Of a DNA stretch of 64,000 bases, positions 1-12,592 are shown piece by piece; position 1 is the stretch's first letter; each line of letters starts with the position of its first letter. Location of the stretch: positions 682,001 through 746,000 of the forward strand of contig NEEC01000021.1 of NCBI GenBank assembly GCA_002189035.1, read 5' to 3'. The notes under the pieces are model-generated. The model was not told the DNA's origin and did no database searches. It was given only the letters and a program-made list of their open reading frames with translations. The stretch comes from Utricularia gibba. Its lineage: Eukaryota; Plantae; Magnoliophyta. The position numbers and the translations under genes are program-made.

Positions 1-10
1 CCTTTACCAG

Positions 11-867
11 GATGATGGTATTCGAATACGCTCCCAATGGCAGCCTCTTCGAGCATCTTCACGGTAAGCTCTTCTGCAACTCTCGCCATGTGTGTTTTCC
101 TGATCCTGGTTTGTCACGCAGTCGAGGAAATGGAGCATCTGGACTGGAAGGCGAGGATGAGGATAGCCATGGGCGTCGCTTACTGTCTTCAACATATGCA
201 CGATCTCAACCCATCTCTGCCCCTCTCCATCCTGACCTCAAAATGCATATTTCTGACTGACGATTACGCTGCAAAGGTGAAAGATTCTGCTGCTTCTGCT
301 TGCATAATGATCGTCTTCGAGCTTCTCCGACTGACCCATGTTGCAGATCGGGGACGGCAGTTTCTGGGAAGAATTCATCACCAACGCGGACGAGAAAACA
401 GAGCACTCCGACCCCCCACCTCCGGCTGATACACAGACGAATGTGTACAGCTTCGGGATCCTGTTGCTCGAATTGGTTTCCGGCCGGCTGCCATACTCGG
501 AAGAAGACGGTCATCTCATTAACTGGGTAATCACGCATCTCCATTCCTTTCACCATCTGCGGTTGAGCTATCTTGAAAACGGTGGTTCGCTTGTTGATGG
601 TCTCAGGCTTCTCAGTACATCAACAGCAGCAAGCAAATGAGCTGCTTGGTGGATCCATCTCTGAAAGATTTCAAAGCCAACGAGCTGGGGATCATCTCTG
701 AGGTTGTTCTCAGCTGCACGCAGCAAGACTTTCGGATAAGACCGCCGATGAAGGAAGTTGTCGAGAAGCTCCAGCAAGAAATCGACATATCACCGGCGCA
801 GGCGGCGCCGAGGACGTCGCCGCTTTGGTGGGCGGAGCTAGAGATCCTCTCGTCGGAGGCAGCCTGA
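11..867 (+). CDS. 3' part of a MALE DISCOVERER (MDIS)/MRH1-like receptor-like kinase, inactive kinase domain. Exons 11-63, 122-276, 347-526, 607-867. The gene starts upstream of the window.
   Basis: The spliced product reads MMVFEYAPNGSLFEHLH-VEEMEHLDWKARMRIAMGVAYCLQHMH...IFLTDDYAAK-IGDGSFW...TNVYSFGILLLELVSGRLPYSEEDGHLINW-ASQYINSSKQMSCLVDPSL...TSPLWWAELEILSSEAA*. All introns are GT-AG. The C-terminal SPLWWAELEILS is typical of this RLK subfamily. Confidence 0.88.
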
Positions 868-1338
868 TTCACACCCTGCTTCCGGTGGCTTTGTTACTCG
901 AATTGAATTGTTATCGGATTGTAACGACGTCGTATCCATCCTGTATGAAATTTATATTCATTTTATTTATTTAATGTTGATAGTGGAAAACACCTAATAC
1001 TATAATTTTTCCTGCTTTTAGTTTTTATTGAAATTGTCAGTCTCCATATATATAATAAAATAAAAATTAATTGAAATTGAGCAAAAATATTCTTCATTAT
1101 TTATTTTAAAAATAAAATCAATCATCAATTTAAATTTTTAATTTTTTTAATTTAATTTTACTTTTTTTCGATCCAATCTGGACTAACACCAATTACTGCT
1201 GCCCACTAATTTTAAAAACTTAAAAGATTTATACTAGAAGTTGTCCAATTTTATTCAATGAAGTATATTTATTTAAATTCAAATAATTTAAATATATAAT
1301 TAACTAAATTACGTTATCAAATACATCACTTCCATGCA

Positions 1339-1344
1339 CACGTG
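1339..1344 (+). promoter_or_regulatory. G-box (CACGTG) about 190 bp upstream of the CIPK start
   Basis: GCACACGTGCCC is present in the sequence. Function is inferred from position only. Confidence 0.35.
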
Positions 1345-1528
1345 CCCTTCCATGAATCTAACACCATTCGTAAAGAAAGCATTAGAATTTACCTTTAATT
1401 ACCACGGTGAATAATTCCCGAGGTCATCTTTTACCGTCTCCTCTCCCAACTTGGTCTCCCGTACGAGAGCCTGGTCGTGAATTTCCGATCAAAATCCCTT
1501 TTCTCCGGTGCATGGGATTTACCCAGAC

Positions 1529-2860
1529 ATGGAGAAAAGGGGAAACGTTTTGATGAAGAAATACGAAATCGGAAAATTGCTGGGGCAAGGAACATTCGCG
1601 AAGGTCTACCATGCGAGGAATCTGGAAACCGGGAGAAGTGTCGCCGTGAAAATTATGGATAAAGATCGGATTTTGAAGGTGGGTTTAATTGATCAGATCA
1701 AACGGGAAATCGCCGTAATGCGTCTCGTGAAACACCCAAATGTTGTGGAGCTCTTCGAGGTTATGGCGACGAAGGGGAGGATTTACTTCGTAATGGAGTA
1801 CGTCCGTGGCGGCGAGCTTTTTGAGAAGGTGGCGAAGGGGCGGTTGAGTGAGGACGCCTCCCGGAGATACTTTCAACAATTAATCGCCGCTGTGGATTTC
1901 TGTCACAGCCGCGGCGTGTGTCACCGTGATTTGAAGCCCGAGAATCTCCTCCTCGACGAATTTGGGAATTTGAAGGTCACCGATTTCGGGTTGAGTTCGT
2001 TGGTGGATTCGAAAACACGCGATGGACTTCTGCACACGACGTGTGGTACGCCGGCGTACGTCGCGCCGGAAGTGATTCACAGAAAGGGATACGACGGCGA
2101 GAAGGCGGATGTTTGGTCTTGTGGTGTGATCCTATTCGTCTTGTTAGCTGGGTTTCTTCCTTTCCAAGACGCGAATATCATGGAGCTTTACAGAAAAATC
2201 CGGCGAGGTGATTTCCGGTGCCCGCAGTGGTTCCCGCCGGAGGTCCGAAAGCTTCTTTCAAGAATCCTGAACCCAGATCCCTCTTCCAGAATCAACCTTT
2301 CAACAATCATGAACAACCCATGGTTTCGAAAAGAATTCAAGCAAATCCAAATCGAACCATCCCTGGATCTTGAACAGGATCAAGAACAACAACAACAACA
2401 AGAATCCCCACGAAGCGTATTAGACCGAAATCAGAAAAGGGATTCCGATGCCGCCGTTCACCCCCATCAATTCAACGCGTTCGATATCATATCTCTGACC
2501 CCAGGATTCGACCTCTCCGGATTGTTCGAGAAGGAATCGAAGGCTAATTCATGGTTCACGACGCGGATGCCGCCGGCGAGGGTCGTGGAGAAGCTAGAGG
2601 AGCTCGCCGTTACAGAGCGCTTCAAGATAAAGAAAAAAGACGGAGTTGTGAAAATGCAGGGAGGAAAAGGAGGAAGAAAAGGGCAATTACGGATCGAAAC
2701 GGAGATCTTCGAAGTCACCCCGTCGTTTCACATGGTGGAGGTGAAGAAAACCGCCGGAGACACGATGGAGTACCTGGAGTTTTGTGACCAGGAGCTCCGG
2801 CCGTCCCTCAAGGACGTAGTGTGGAAGTGGCGCGGCAGATCATCCGACTCAAACTGGTGA
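1529..2860 (+). CDS. CIPK: CBL-interacting Ser/Thr protein kinase (SnRK3/CIPK, intronless clade, CIPK2/10/20-like), 443 aa
   Basis: Contains [33 protein letters not shown], the NAF motif ([19 protein letters not shown]) and a PPI region. The ORF-track start at 1508 is GTG; the in-frame ATG at 1529 (MEKRGNVLM) has strong context. Confidence 0.96.
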   Translation: MEKRGNVLMKKYEIGKLLGQGTFAKVYHARNLETGRSVAVKIMDKDRILKVGLIDQIKREIAVMRLVKHPNVVELFEVMATKGRIYFVMEYVRGGELFEKVAKGRLSEDASRRYFQQLIAAVDFCHSRGVCHRDLKPENLLLDEFGNLKVTDFGLSSLVDSKTRDGLLHTTCGTPAYVAPEVIHRKGYDGEKADVWSCGVILFVLLAGFLPFQDANIMELYRKIRRGDFRCPQWFPPEVRKLLSRILNPDPSSRINLSTIMNNPWFRKEFKQIQIEPSLDLEQDQEQQQQQESPRSVLDRNQKRDSDAAVHPHQFNAFDIISLTPGFDLSGLFEKESKANSWFTTRMPPARVVEKLEELAVTERFKIKKKDGVVKMQGGKGGRKGQLRIETEIFEVTPSFHMVEVKKTAGDTMEYLEFCDQELRPSLKDVVWKWRGRSSDSNW

Positions 2861-4239
2861 AGAAGATGACGACGGTGCAATAGCAGTAGTTTTTTCCAGA
2901 AGTTTCGAATCGAGCCTTCTACTCAGCAACCGTGCTGCATATTTGGGCCAACTTTCTACATGGGCCTTCATTGTACTTAGGGCTGTCGGCCCAATTAAAC
3001 AATAGAGAAGTCCATCCTCTTGTGTCCACATGAAGATGCAATGGATTCCAAATGTAAGAAAATTTTGAATTTTGTACCCCATCTATAAACTGCAATTTTG
3101 GAGGTATCACCAGCTGTACTGATGAAGAAGCTATCTTGAAGTATTCCTCTGCTGTAAAGATAGAAGAGTAGAATAGGAATTAACGAATGAATTAGAAAAG
3201 TAGTTATATGTCAAACATGGTGTAAAAAAAATGAATATCCCATGTATAATTTTTTTTTTGAATATCTAAGAGAGAAAATAATAATAATCACTTTTCTTAA
3301 GACCTGGTTGAAGGAAGAGTGTAACAAACTTAAGCGAATTTCATAGTCATTATAAAGTAGAAGAATAGTTTATAAAAAATGATCTTCTTTAATTTTACAT
3401 AAGTTTTTTTAGAATGTAATAACATAAAATTGTAAGAATTGAATATCCAAAACGAATAATATCACATCATGAAAAAATAAATCGTTATATTTGATATCAT
3501 GATTAAGCTAGAGCATGTAACTAATGATAATAATGTTGAGCCTTTTATTTAATTCATTTTGTTTGTTCCAAACTAGTATCCAAATAGGACACACACTCAC
3601 TAGTATAAATTAGTGGTGACTCTAATGAACCGTATTTGCATGGTGTAATCTCAATGTTTAGTAAGAAATCAGAGATTTCGATGAAATTTAAAACGTTTAC
3701 GACACAGAATTAGAGCATGTATCTTAATTTTTTTAGCTTAATATGTTATATATAAACGATAAATAATCAATTTCATAATGCGGAATTGCAACATGGTGTA
3801 GGGTAGGCGTAACTAGAGAGTGATGCGACGATTGGAACCCTAATTAAATGCACTTGTAATAATTTCTATTAGATATGAAAATAATTAGATCCAAGAGGGA
3901 ATCTGCGAATCATGTTGTCGTTTTCGGTAATTAAGGGCGCACATATTCTTCAATAATTGGGAGGCGGAGGGCCGTTGGATGGCCAATCATCCACCCCCAT
4001 GTGCCCCATAAATTCCCCAAATCCCCCGTGTAGATAATTAATTATAGAATTAGCCCCAAATCAGAGTTCATATCCCAATAAAGAATTAATGACGGCAAAA
4101 AATGTTTTATTAAGTTATTCTATTTTCAAAATTCGCATCTATATTTTTGTAATATCCAATAATTCATATTGTTCATTTAAAATAGTTTTGAAAATTTTTG
4201 AAACCTGTTTTTATTTTTTAAAATTACTTTTAAAAAGTT

Positions 4240-4410
4240 AAAATAAAAAATAAAAGTAATCAATTCCTTATTTTTCCAAAACTAATTTTTGTAGTTATAA
4301 TTTTAAAAGTATTTTTGATAGAACTATTTTTACAATTAAAAATGTTTTAGAATAAAACTATTTTTACTTTTGAAAAGTAAAAATAGATTTTTAAATTTTT
4401 TTCAGAATGC
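4240..4410. repeat. Dispersed AT-rich repeat (MITE-like), homologous to 56660-56830
   Basis: 'agaataaaactatttttacttttgaaaagtaaaaatagatttttaaatttt' here versus 'agaataaaactatttttatttttgaaaaataaaaatatatttaaaaaatttt' near 56772, with collinear upstream similarity. Confidence 0.55.
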
Positions 4411-7400
4411 TGTTTAAATGTTATAATTTACCACTTAAAAATATTGTTTTAATTACTTCTATTTCAAAATCATTTGTCACTGATTCCCACTATTTTAAAA
4501 TCGGGTAAAAATAGTTATCACTATTTAAATTAATGATAAAATTCATAATCAATTTAAAAACTTAATTTTTTTCCCAATTTAATTTTACTGTTTTGGACGG
4601 ATATCCATCGTTCGTGTGCCCATTGCCCGTGCACCCACCGGTGCAGGTCGGAAGATGCTCCGAAAAAAAATAGGGATCAATTTTTTAATATTAAGAATCA
4701 ATTATAACTGATATTTAAATAATCAATATAAAAAATAATTGAATTGAAAAAAATAAGGACTAAATATGGAGATTAAATCTATTCAATACATCAAAATTTG
4801 AAGACCAATTATGGTTTTTTTATTAAATATTAAAAACTAATCATGTCAATTTTATTAAATAATGAGGATGTCACTGCTCGAGTGCCCAATAATATATTAT
4901 TTGAAAGGTTGATTGAGATTTAAATAATATTATTTATTTTAAATTTAAATTATTATGAAAACATATATCTTTTTCATAATGATAAATAATCAATTGCGTT
5001 AAATTTCATCCCATTTTTTTATTTTTAATTTGATATCATAATTATTAATTTATCTACAACAATAAATAATATATTTGAAACTAATGCCATATCAATATTT
5101 TTTTCTTAAAACACTTGAACTATTCTAACTTAAAAATGATAGCGTCAAGTACTCGGTGTAATAACCTATATTCATCTTTCAAGATATTCTCCAATTTGTA
5201 TATTTAATTTTAGTGATTTTATATTTTCATCATCTCTAACTTTTTTTTTTCAAAATATCATCCATTCTTAAATTATTCTAACTAAACATGATTAATGTTA
5301 TAATTTATTCCAAAGATCCTATGCTGTGTTTGAGAAAATGTCCCATCCAACATTTATGTAATTTTTCTATTCAATTTCATCATTTATCTCATTCATAATC
5401 GATATTAGATTTATTTAAAATAATTCAACTTTTCCTCGGATGGGACATCACAACTTGATATATCATTTAACTATAAAATTATATAAACAATTTAGGTACA
5501 TTGATTTATTTAAAAAGAACCAACGTAAAGGTGAAGAATGTGAATTTGTAGGAAATGTTTGTCAATTTCGAATATTATAATTGATTGCTAAAAATTAAAG
5601 CCGGTGCACCGAGTGGGGCGGCGTACACGGATTTGCATGCGTGCTAATGCGTGACACTTGGCGCGCTGCCATTGGAGGACTTTTAGTTTATCCTTAGTCC
5701 CCACCGGTGCACCACATTTAGGGTACCCGTACCCATCAAAGATCATTTTCCCCCTCCTTTTCTTTATGTTGGCTCCTTACATTTTCTTTTTTAAAAACAA
5801 AAAAAAAATTGCAAAAAATAAAAAATTCCCTTTAAATAACTTTAAAAACTATACACACATTTTCAAAAAAAAAAAAAAAAAAAAAAAGTCCCATTCGTGA
5901 TATATTATTTTTATTGGTATTTTAGAAGAGGAGAGGAGAGAGGTTGAAATGAATTTGGGTGGTGGAACATTAATTTGGAAAGGTTCATTTTGGGGGGAGA
6001 CAACCAGACCGTAGGTAGAAAGTGTTGATGTTCATTTCATTTTCGCCTTTACATGTCCACCAACTCCAATCACCACTCAATGCATTCTTCTCATGTATTC
6101 TTGCACTCTCAACTACATTATAATCCTAAGATTTAGAATGCGAGTTTCAGTTACGAATTTCGAAAGTTCAAAGTGATGACATTCGAATCGAAGCTCGATG
6201 GGGTATCCAAAATGGTACAATATTTGTAAATGTGTTATATCGTTAAAATTGAAATTATGTATGATATATAAGTTTATAAATATGTTATTAAAATAATATC
6301 ATAGAAGCACAAATATTTTAATCTTATTTGAAAATATGTAGTTTTTAACATATACATGTTTAGAACTGTACATAAACTTATTTTAATAATTGCAATCCAT
6401 TTTTTTATTTTTTTTTTGTAAAAATATTCTTGAAATATAATATTCGCATGCAAAAAATAGATCTATAAAATAAGTAGTCTTCTTTGACTTTTAACCTAAA
6501 AATTCAAAAATATTTTTAATACGAGAAGAATTAAAAATAAGTTCTATTATATCAATAAATTATTTTTACTTTTCAAAAAATAAAAATATGTTCTAAAATT
6601 TTGTGATAAAAATGTTTTATTCTATGTTTTAATTCATGAATGAATTTCACAAAAATCTATCCCTTTTTTAGATAATATTATCTATTTTGAGTACTTAATT
6701 TTCATGATTTTATGTTTTAATCTATTTGAACTTGTACTCTCTCCTTATCATTAACCAATGTTACCATCATTAGAATTCTGGTCTCAAGATTCAAAATAAA
6801 TACTATGTTGTCTAAAAAACTGTCTTTCTCATACATTAAATGAAAATTGATGTAAATAATTACAAAATATGGCTTAAAAATATTAATAATTTCGCATTGA
6901 TTGTGAGACTAAAACCTACTTAAAAAGATGCTGGCATATGCAATTTTCTAAAACTATGAGGTCATGCGTGTAATAACGCTATTTTCTATCATGTGTTTTG
7001 GATTTTATGAGAATTTGTGCAAAGCGTTTGGGGAAATTATGCTTCGAGGATAAAATAATATTATTAATAAAATAAACGTTGTTTAAATACGTAGTTGGGT
7101 GTCTTTCATTATTTGTGCCTTTTTCTTTTAATTTAATTCGAATTTATTGTTTTTTAATATCATTGAAAAAAAGTGAGACTTTTGCACTAGATAGTGTAAG
7201 TAGTGTGAAATGAAACCATCCAAAGAAGAGCGATGAAGCATGAAAAATAGGCGATTATTATCATAAAAGAAAGGCAAATCTTAGAGTAAGTTGGAAGATG
7301 AAATATGAATCTTCTAAAGTTTTGTTATCCAAATCTAATTTGTAATTTAAAAGCGACAAATTGATGATCCGATTGAAACGAAAGCTAGAAATTTCTTTTT

Positions 7401-7620
7401 TCACAATCATCCAAGTTTTTCATTGTTTCATTCCTACTTTTGAGGTGATTCCATATCAAAAATAGCAACAATTTTAACATACATCATAATGGAAATCAAA
7501 TACAATTTAAATACTGTCTGTTATTATTTATCAAAAAATATTTTTTTGATAGATGTTTCTAAAAAAGTGTAAACTAAAAAGTTATAATTTTTTTTTATGA
7601 AAAATGATATTTTTGAATAA

Positions 7621-8072
7621 CACTCCAAATTACAATCAATATAAAAAATTTAATTCTTGAATTTTAAAATTATGTCATAGGTACCTCAATTTGTTTTTTT
7701 TTTATAAATAGCTTATTTTCGAACTTATGAAATATATATTTAATCATTTATATTACCAAAACTAACTGATTTTAACCTTAGAAAAATTACAATTTGAGTA
7801 TTTTTAACATTATTATAATGGTACATCATACAAAATGCAAATATAATATAATTATCATCGTTTTAAATCATATGATTCAATGAAAAGTTCTTACACTAAA
7901 TTTGTTAAGTTTGAAACTATAGTAGATTTACAACATCATGAATCGATTTACTTTTAAAAATTTTGAAAATTATTTTGTTCTACATTGCAAGATTGTGACA
8001 ATTTGAGGTATTTTTTATAATTTTGAGACTTGAGATTTAAATTTTTTTTTTGATGGAATAAAATTTGAGATA
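7621..8072. mobile_element. Non-autonomous long-TIR (Mutator/MULE-like) element, degenerate
   Basis: The left arm 'ccaaattacaatcaatataaaaaatttaattcttgaattttaaaattatgtcataggtacctcaattt' is an imperfect inverted copy of the right arm 'aatttgaggtattttttataattttgagacttgagatttaaatttttt...aaatttgag'. The same arm occurs near 36846 and 47214. No TSD resolved. Confidence 0.5.
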
Positions 8073-9220
8073 TTTTTATTGCAATTTTCTCTTTTATAAA
8101 GAAAAAATCTTTTTAAATGTTGAATTTTTTAGAATAAAAATTGATTATGTTTGGTATTAAAATACCTGTGTAGAAATAAAAGGAGTAGTTATTTATTGTT
8201 GGTTTTGAATTTCGTCCTTGATTTGTGTGTGAATTACTGAATTTGTGGCTGCAGGACTGAATTGAAAATACCATTAAAGCAAATTAGAAAAAAGGTGGGA
8301 CTCAATTGAAATTACTCTAAAATAAAGTGGGTTTTTTTATGAAGTAGCATGATGTAGTTGCGGGCAGCTAGTTTTCAATTCGTCTGTCATTTAGTGATTC
8401 CGGCGGCGCCAAGACAACTGCTGTCGCCGGTGAAGAGGATTCCCGAAAAGTTTGTGTTTGTGTTCTTGTTGACTTCAATACGTTCAACGCGTCTTTTTTT
8501 TTCTTAGTAAAATTTTGGTGGGAGATGAGAAATGCGGCTGCTGGTGTTCGTTACTAGAGAAATCAAAGGTGATCTCCTCATTCTTGTCTTTGATTAAGTT
8601 TTTGGAGATTATTCGTGTCTGGAAGGTATGTTAAGGTGGCGTTTTCTAACGCTGAACCGCGTTCATTGTCTCCTTCTTCTTTTTGGTTTTTTTCTGGGAA
8701 TTCTGCGAACATGGCGGCGGAGTCTATGAAACAGAAAATTATTCACCGGGTTGATTCATCCTGGTGAAGGATATACTAGGCTGTAGGAAGAAAGTGGCTC
8801 TTTACGTTTGTTAAGGAGATACTTGGCTCATGAACATGTGTTTGTGGTCGAACGAAGGCGCCGGAACTGCACCTTCCATATTGTAGGAGAGACCCACGTT
8901 TCACGCAGCTCACTTTCAGTGATGCTCTGCCATTCTTCAATATTTTATCTTTTTTATCTATTTTCTGCTTCATTCTTTTTTAAATGATGTTTGATTCTAG
9001 AATCCATTGTGCCTTTTTGATCGTGCACTGGCTAGTGTACATTCTTCTACTTTTCTAAATGGATTTATTTGACAGATTTCAGTGACACTGAAAACTCTCA
9101 TTGCTTGTGAGTTGCGCCGTTATTAGTTGGCTTTTTTGGGAGCCTGTTGACAAGAAAGCTTGAGGTGCTATTTTAATTTGGGAAAGTGGACGTCAATGTG
9201 GTCTGATTTGCACAGATTGG

Positions 9221-11617
9221 ATGGAGGCATATGATCCAGATCCAGTATTGCAAAAGCAATCTACATCTGCTGCAGCAAGAAAACCATTAGTTTCTGCTGA
9301 GAACAAGAATGGAGTTCCTCATGAGTCCCGAAGCAGGGAAACTAGTTTGAGGCATAGGTCACGGACACCATCTTTGGGCTCTGGTCAAAAGCGGCATTCT
9401 TCACCAAATGCAAGTGATTTATCATTTCCTCCAGCTCCATCGACACCATACAGAGCTGCGTCAGTTGAAAGAAGGCACGCTGTGAGGGAATCTTTATCGA
9501 CCCCAGTTCAGGACACAACTGAATGTGAGTTGTTTGCAAGGAAGCAGCTCAGCAGCAAGTTACATGAATCTTTGTGGCCATCCACTATGCGGAGTCTCAC
9601 TGTTTCATTTCAGTCGGATGCTTATACAATTCCAATTAGCAAGAGAGAGAAGCCTGCTTCTCATGCATCTTATGATCGTTTGACAAGAATGTCATCAAAT
9701 ATGACAAATAAACAGGATGAGGATCCTCCCACGTCCAGAAAGTTTACCGCAGATAGGAGGTGTCCACTCAAGGGAAAAAACTTTGTGGATCAGCTGGAGA
9801 ACTCAAAACCTGTTGATACTTTACCACCTCGTCTGGCGGATCAACAGCTATGGCCGAGCAGAACAAGTGGGAAACTTTCAAATGCTTTGAATAAAAGTGT
9901 TGACCTCACTGACAAGATTTCCAGAACTCCAGCATTCTCATCAGCAGTCACTCGATCCTCTTCACTGAGGAGGTTCTCCGTGGATGGAACGACTAAAGCT
10001 TTGTTTAAGTCCTCATGTGATTTGTCAGCGCAGCTCCCAAATGATGGCAATTCACTATCAAGCCACAAGCTTGGCTGTTCAATGTCATCTGATAGATTAC
10101 ACATGGGCAATGCTGCAGCTAGAGCTCTGTGTTCCCAAACTTCTAGAATTCGTTCTTCATCACCTTCTATCTCTAGAGGTGATAGTCCATCTCGAGTTCG
10201 AGTTGCCTCATCTTACAAGGGATCCAATCCTACTAAACAGACACAAACCAGCTCATTTCGGCAGTTTCAGCTTTCTAATTCTGTCTTAAGCTTTATTGTT
10301 GATCTGAAAAAGGGAAAGAAAGCTGCAAATCACATTGATGATGTTCATCAACTGCGGATGCTGTACAACAGATATTTGCAATGGCGGTATGTAAATGGTC
10401 ATGCTGACGTGACATTGCAATCTCAGAAAGTGAAAGCAGAGGTCTGTTCTCATTTTTTTTTCTGGAGATTGTTGATGTTATGACTTCCATCCGTCTTAGT
10501 TTCATTGTGTTTTTAATATTGTAGAGGATGTTATGCTCCGTCCAAAACCTACTTGCTGTTATCTCAGACTCGATACTGGAAAAAAGGATGGTTCTTCAGC
10601 AAATGCATCTAAAATCGAAGCTTCACTCAATTCTGAGTGATCAGGTAGCATCTCTTTACTCCATTTTAAAAATTTTTCTCATGAAGAAGGTGTTCTTGTA
10701 GTGCCTTTTCTTTTTCTAGCCTTATTGATTTCATGCTGCATTACCAACTTTGTTGATGATGATAGCTTGAAGTTTTTCTAGAAACTATGTTTTTTTTTGT
10801 CGTCTTTTCGAATCTGTAATTTTTTTAATATCCATATTTCAAGAATCTGAATCTAATCCAAGTGTAACATATTCAGCTAACATCTCTTGATGACTGGGCT
10901 TCACTCGAAAAAGATCACATCAGCAACTTATCCCACACAATACAAGATCTTCAGGCTTGCACAACTCGCATTCCATTTACAGCGGGTGCCAGGGTAGCTA
11001 TCTTTTACAGAATTTCATTTATCAAGATGCATCTAAATTAACTTGTTCACCTTTTTTTAGGGGCAAACTATAGGTCTGAAGGCAGCTCTCTCTTCTGCCT
11101 TTGACACCCTGCAGGCAGTTATTACTTCCTTGCATCCCATACTTCCCAGGGTAACATTTTGCTTCTTTAGTCCATCCTGCTGATTGTGTTACTGTCCTAA
11201 CTCTAATGCATATCAATGACAAATTCCCATGTGATGATTCTGGCCTCAGGTGGAGGAGATGAACTGCCTCCTGCCTGAGCTTGCTGTCATGGCAGCACAT
11301 GAGAGAGCTTTTCTAAGCGAATGTGAATCATTTTTGTGCAGTATAGACACACTACAGGCAAGGCATCTCCCATATCTTTCTCTTGTTTTCCTCTATCCCA
11401 TCCTGTCTATCTAATGGAACTTAGAATGGATTTCTTTTCTTATCATCCATTACCCTTGCTTAACACTTCAAATGAAACCTGCAGCCGAAATCGAATCGTC
11501 GTCTTTCGGGTTTCGATTTAAATCCCTCACTTGCTCATCCTGAATCTTTGTTTTTTGAAACAGGTAGATGAGTGTAGCCTTAGGACGCAGCTTCTCCAGG
11601 TGAAGTCTCTGTGTTGA
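9221..11617 (+). CDS. QWRF: QWRF-motif / augmin subunit 8 (AUG8/SCO3 family) protein, 569 aa. Exons 9221-10441, 10525-10644, 10877-10993, 11061-11150, 11250-11357, 11564-11617.
   Basis: Motifs LWPSTMRSLTVSFQ, ENSKP, QQLWPSR, HQLRMLYNRYLQWRYVN, DDWASLEKDH, VEEMNCLLPELA and DECSLRTQLLQ. All exons are in phase 0. The last intron has a GC donor. Confidence 0.9.
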
Positions 11618-12592
11618 GATGTTCAGTTCCAGAATTTTTGTCGTTAAGGAACTGGAAGCTAATGAGTTCAGTCAGCTGATGGCCTTCTATCCCCTTCCTA
11701 ACTGTCATTATTTTTAAATATAATTTTATTTACACGAAAAATCAGATTTTGATTATTAAATTTTAAAAAATAAAATCAATTCAATACAACGTAACATCTG
11801 ATATATAGATACAGAAAGGGTATGTTTAATTGATGGAAACACATGGATTTAAAAATAGTATTATAAATTATAAAATGTTTAGTTAATAGTTTTAAATAAA
11901 TTCGGAATTATATTTTTTATTTTAATTTTATGTACATAAGTTTATTTAAAATTACATCTCTTCTTAGTTACTTAAAATCAGTTAATTCTATTTATAATCC
12001 TAATAAGTAATAACAAAATGTTATCTAAAAAATCAATTTCATCAAATCAATTTTATTTAAATTTAAATAAATTAAACTTATTTTATCCAATTCTCATCAA
12101 TTAAATAGTTTCACTTTATAATAACAATTTAATTAATTTTATATTTAAATATTATTATTAAAAATATTTGAAACATAAATTTGATATTGACCTTAAAATA
12201 AATGAAAACAAAATAAAAATTACATGTAAGAATAATTTTAAAAAACATGATTAGAAAAATTATATAAATGCTTTACAAATTGCTGATTTAATTTAAGAAA
12301 AGAAGAATTTCCCAAATCAAAAAATATGTTCTTCATTTGAGTTTGATCAGTTTTTATAAATACCATCAAATTTAAATCTAAATAATAAATATTTCTAATA
12401 TAATCTTATATTCATATATCTTCTAGAAATATACTTATTGTTGTCAATACAAATTGCATATATAATGAAGATCGATTATATTTGTAGTTATCACATTTAC
12501 TATTGAAAACATAAACAATACTATCAAATACAATTTTCGAAAAGACAAAAGTTTGGCCCTTGATTCCAAGAGCATTACCACTAACTCATCAC

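Noticed and set aside
4634-4655. GGTGCAGGTCGG matches 12 nt of miR168
   Set aside because: The 5' six bases differ from mature miR168 and there is no complementary star arm or hairpin.
5600-5887. GC patch followed by an A23 tract as a possible tRNA-derived SINE or retrocopy
   Set aside because: There is a box-A-like word but no box B (GTTCRA) and no target-site duplication. The A tract is about 170 bp from the GC patch.
8711-8767. 18-aa uORF (MAAESMKQKIIHRVDSSW) upstream of QWRF
   Set aside because: It probably lies inside a 5' UTR intron (donor AAG|GTATGT near 8626, acceptors near 9075 and 9215), so it would not be in the mature mRNA.
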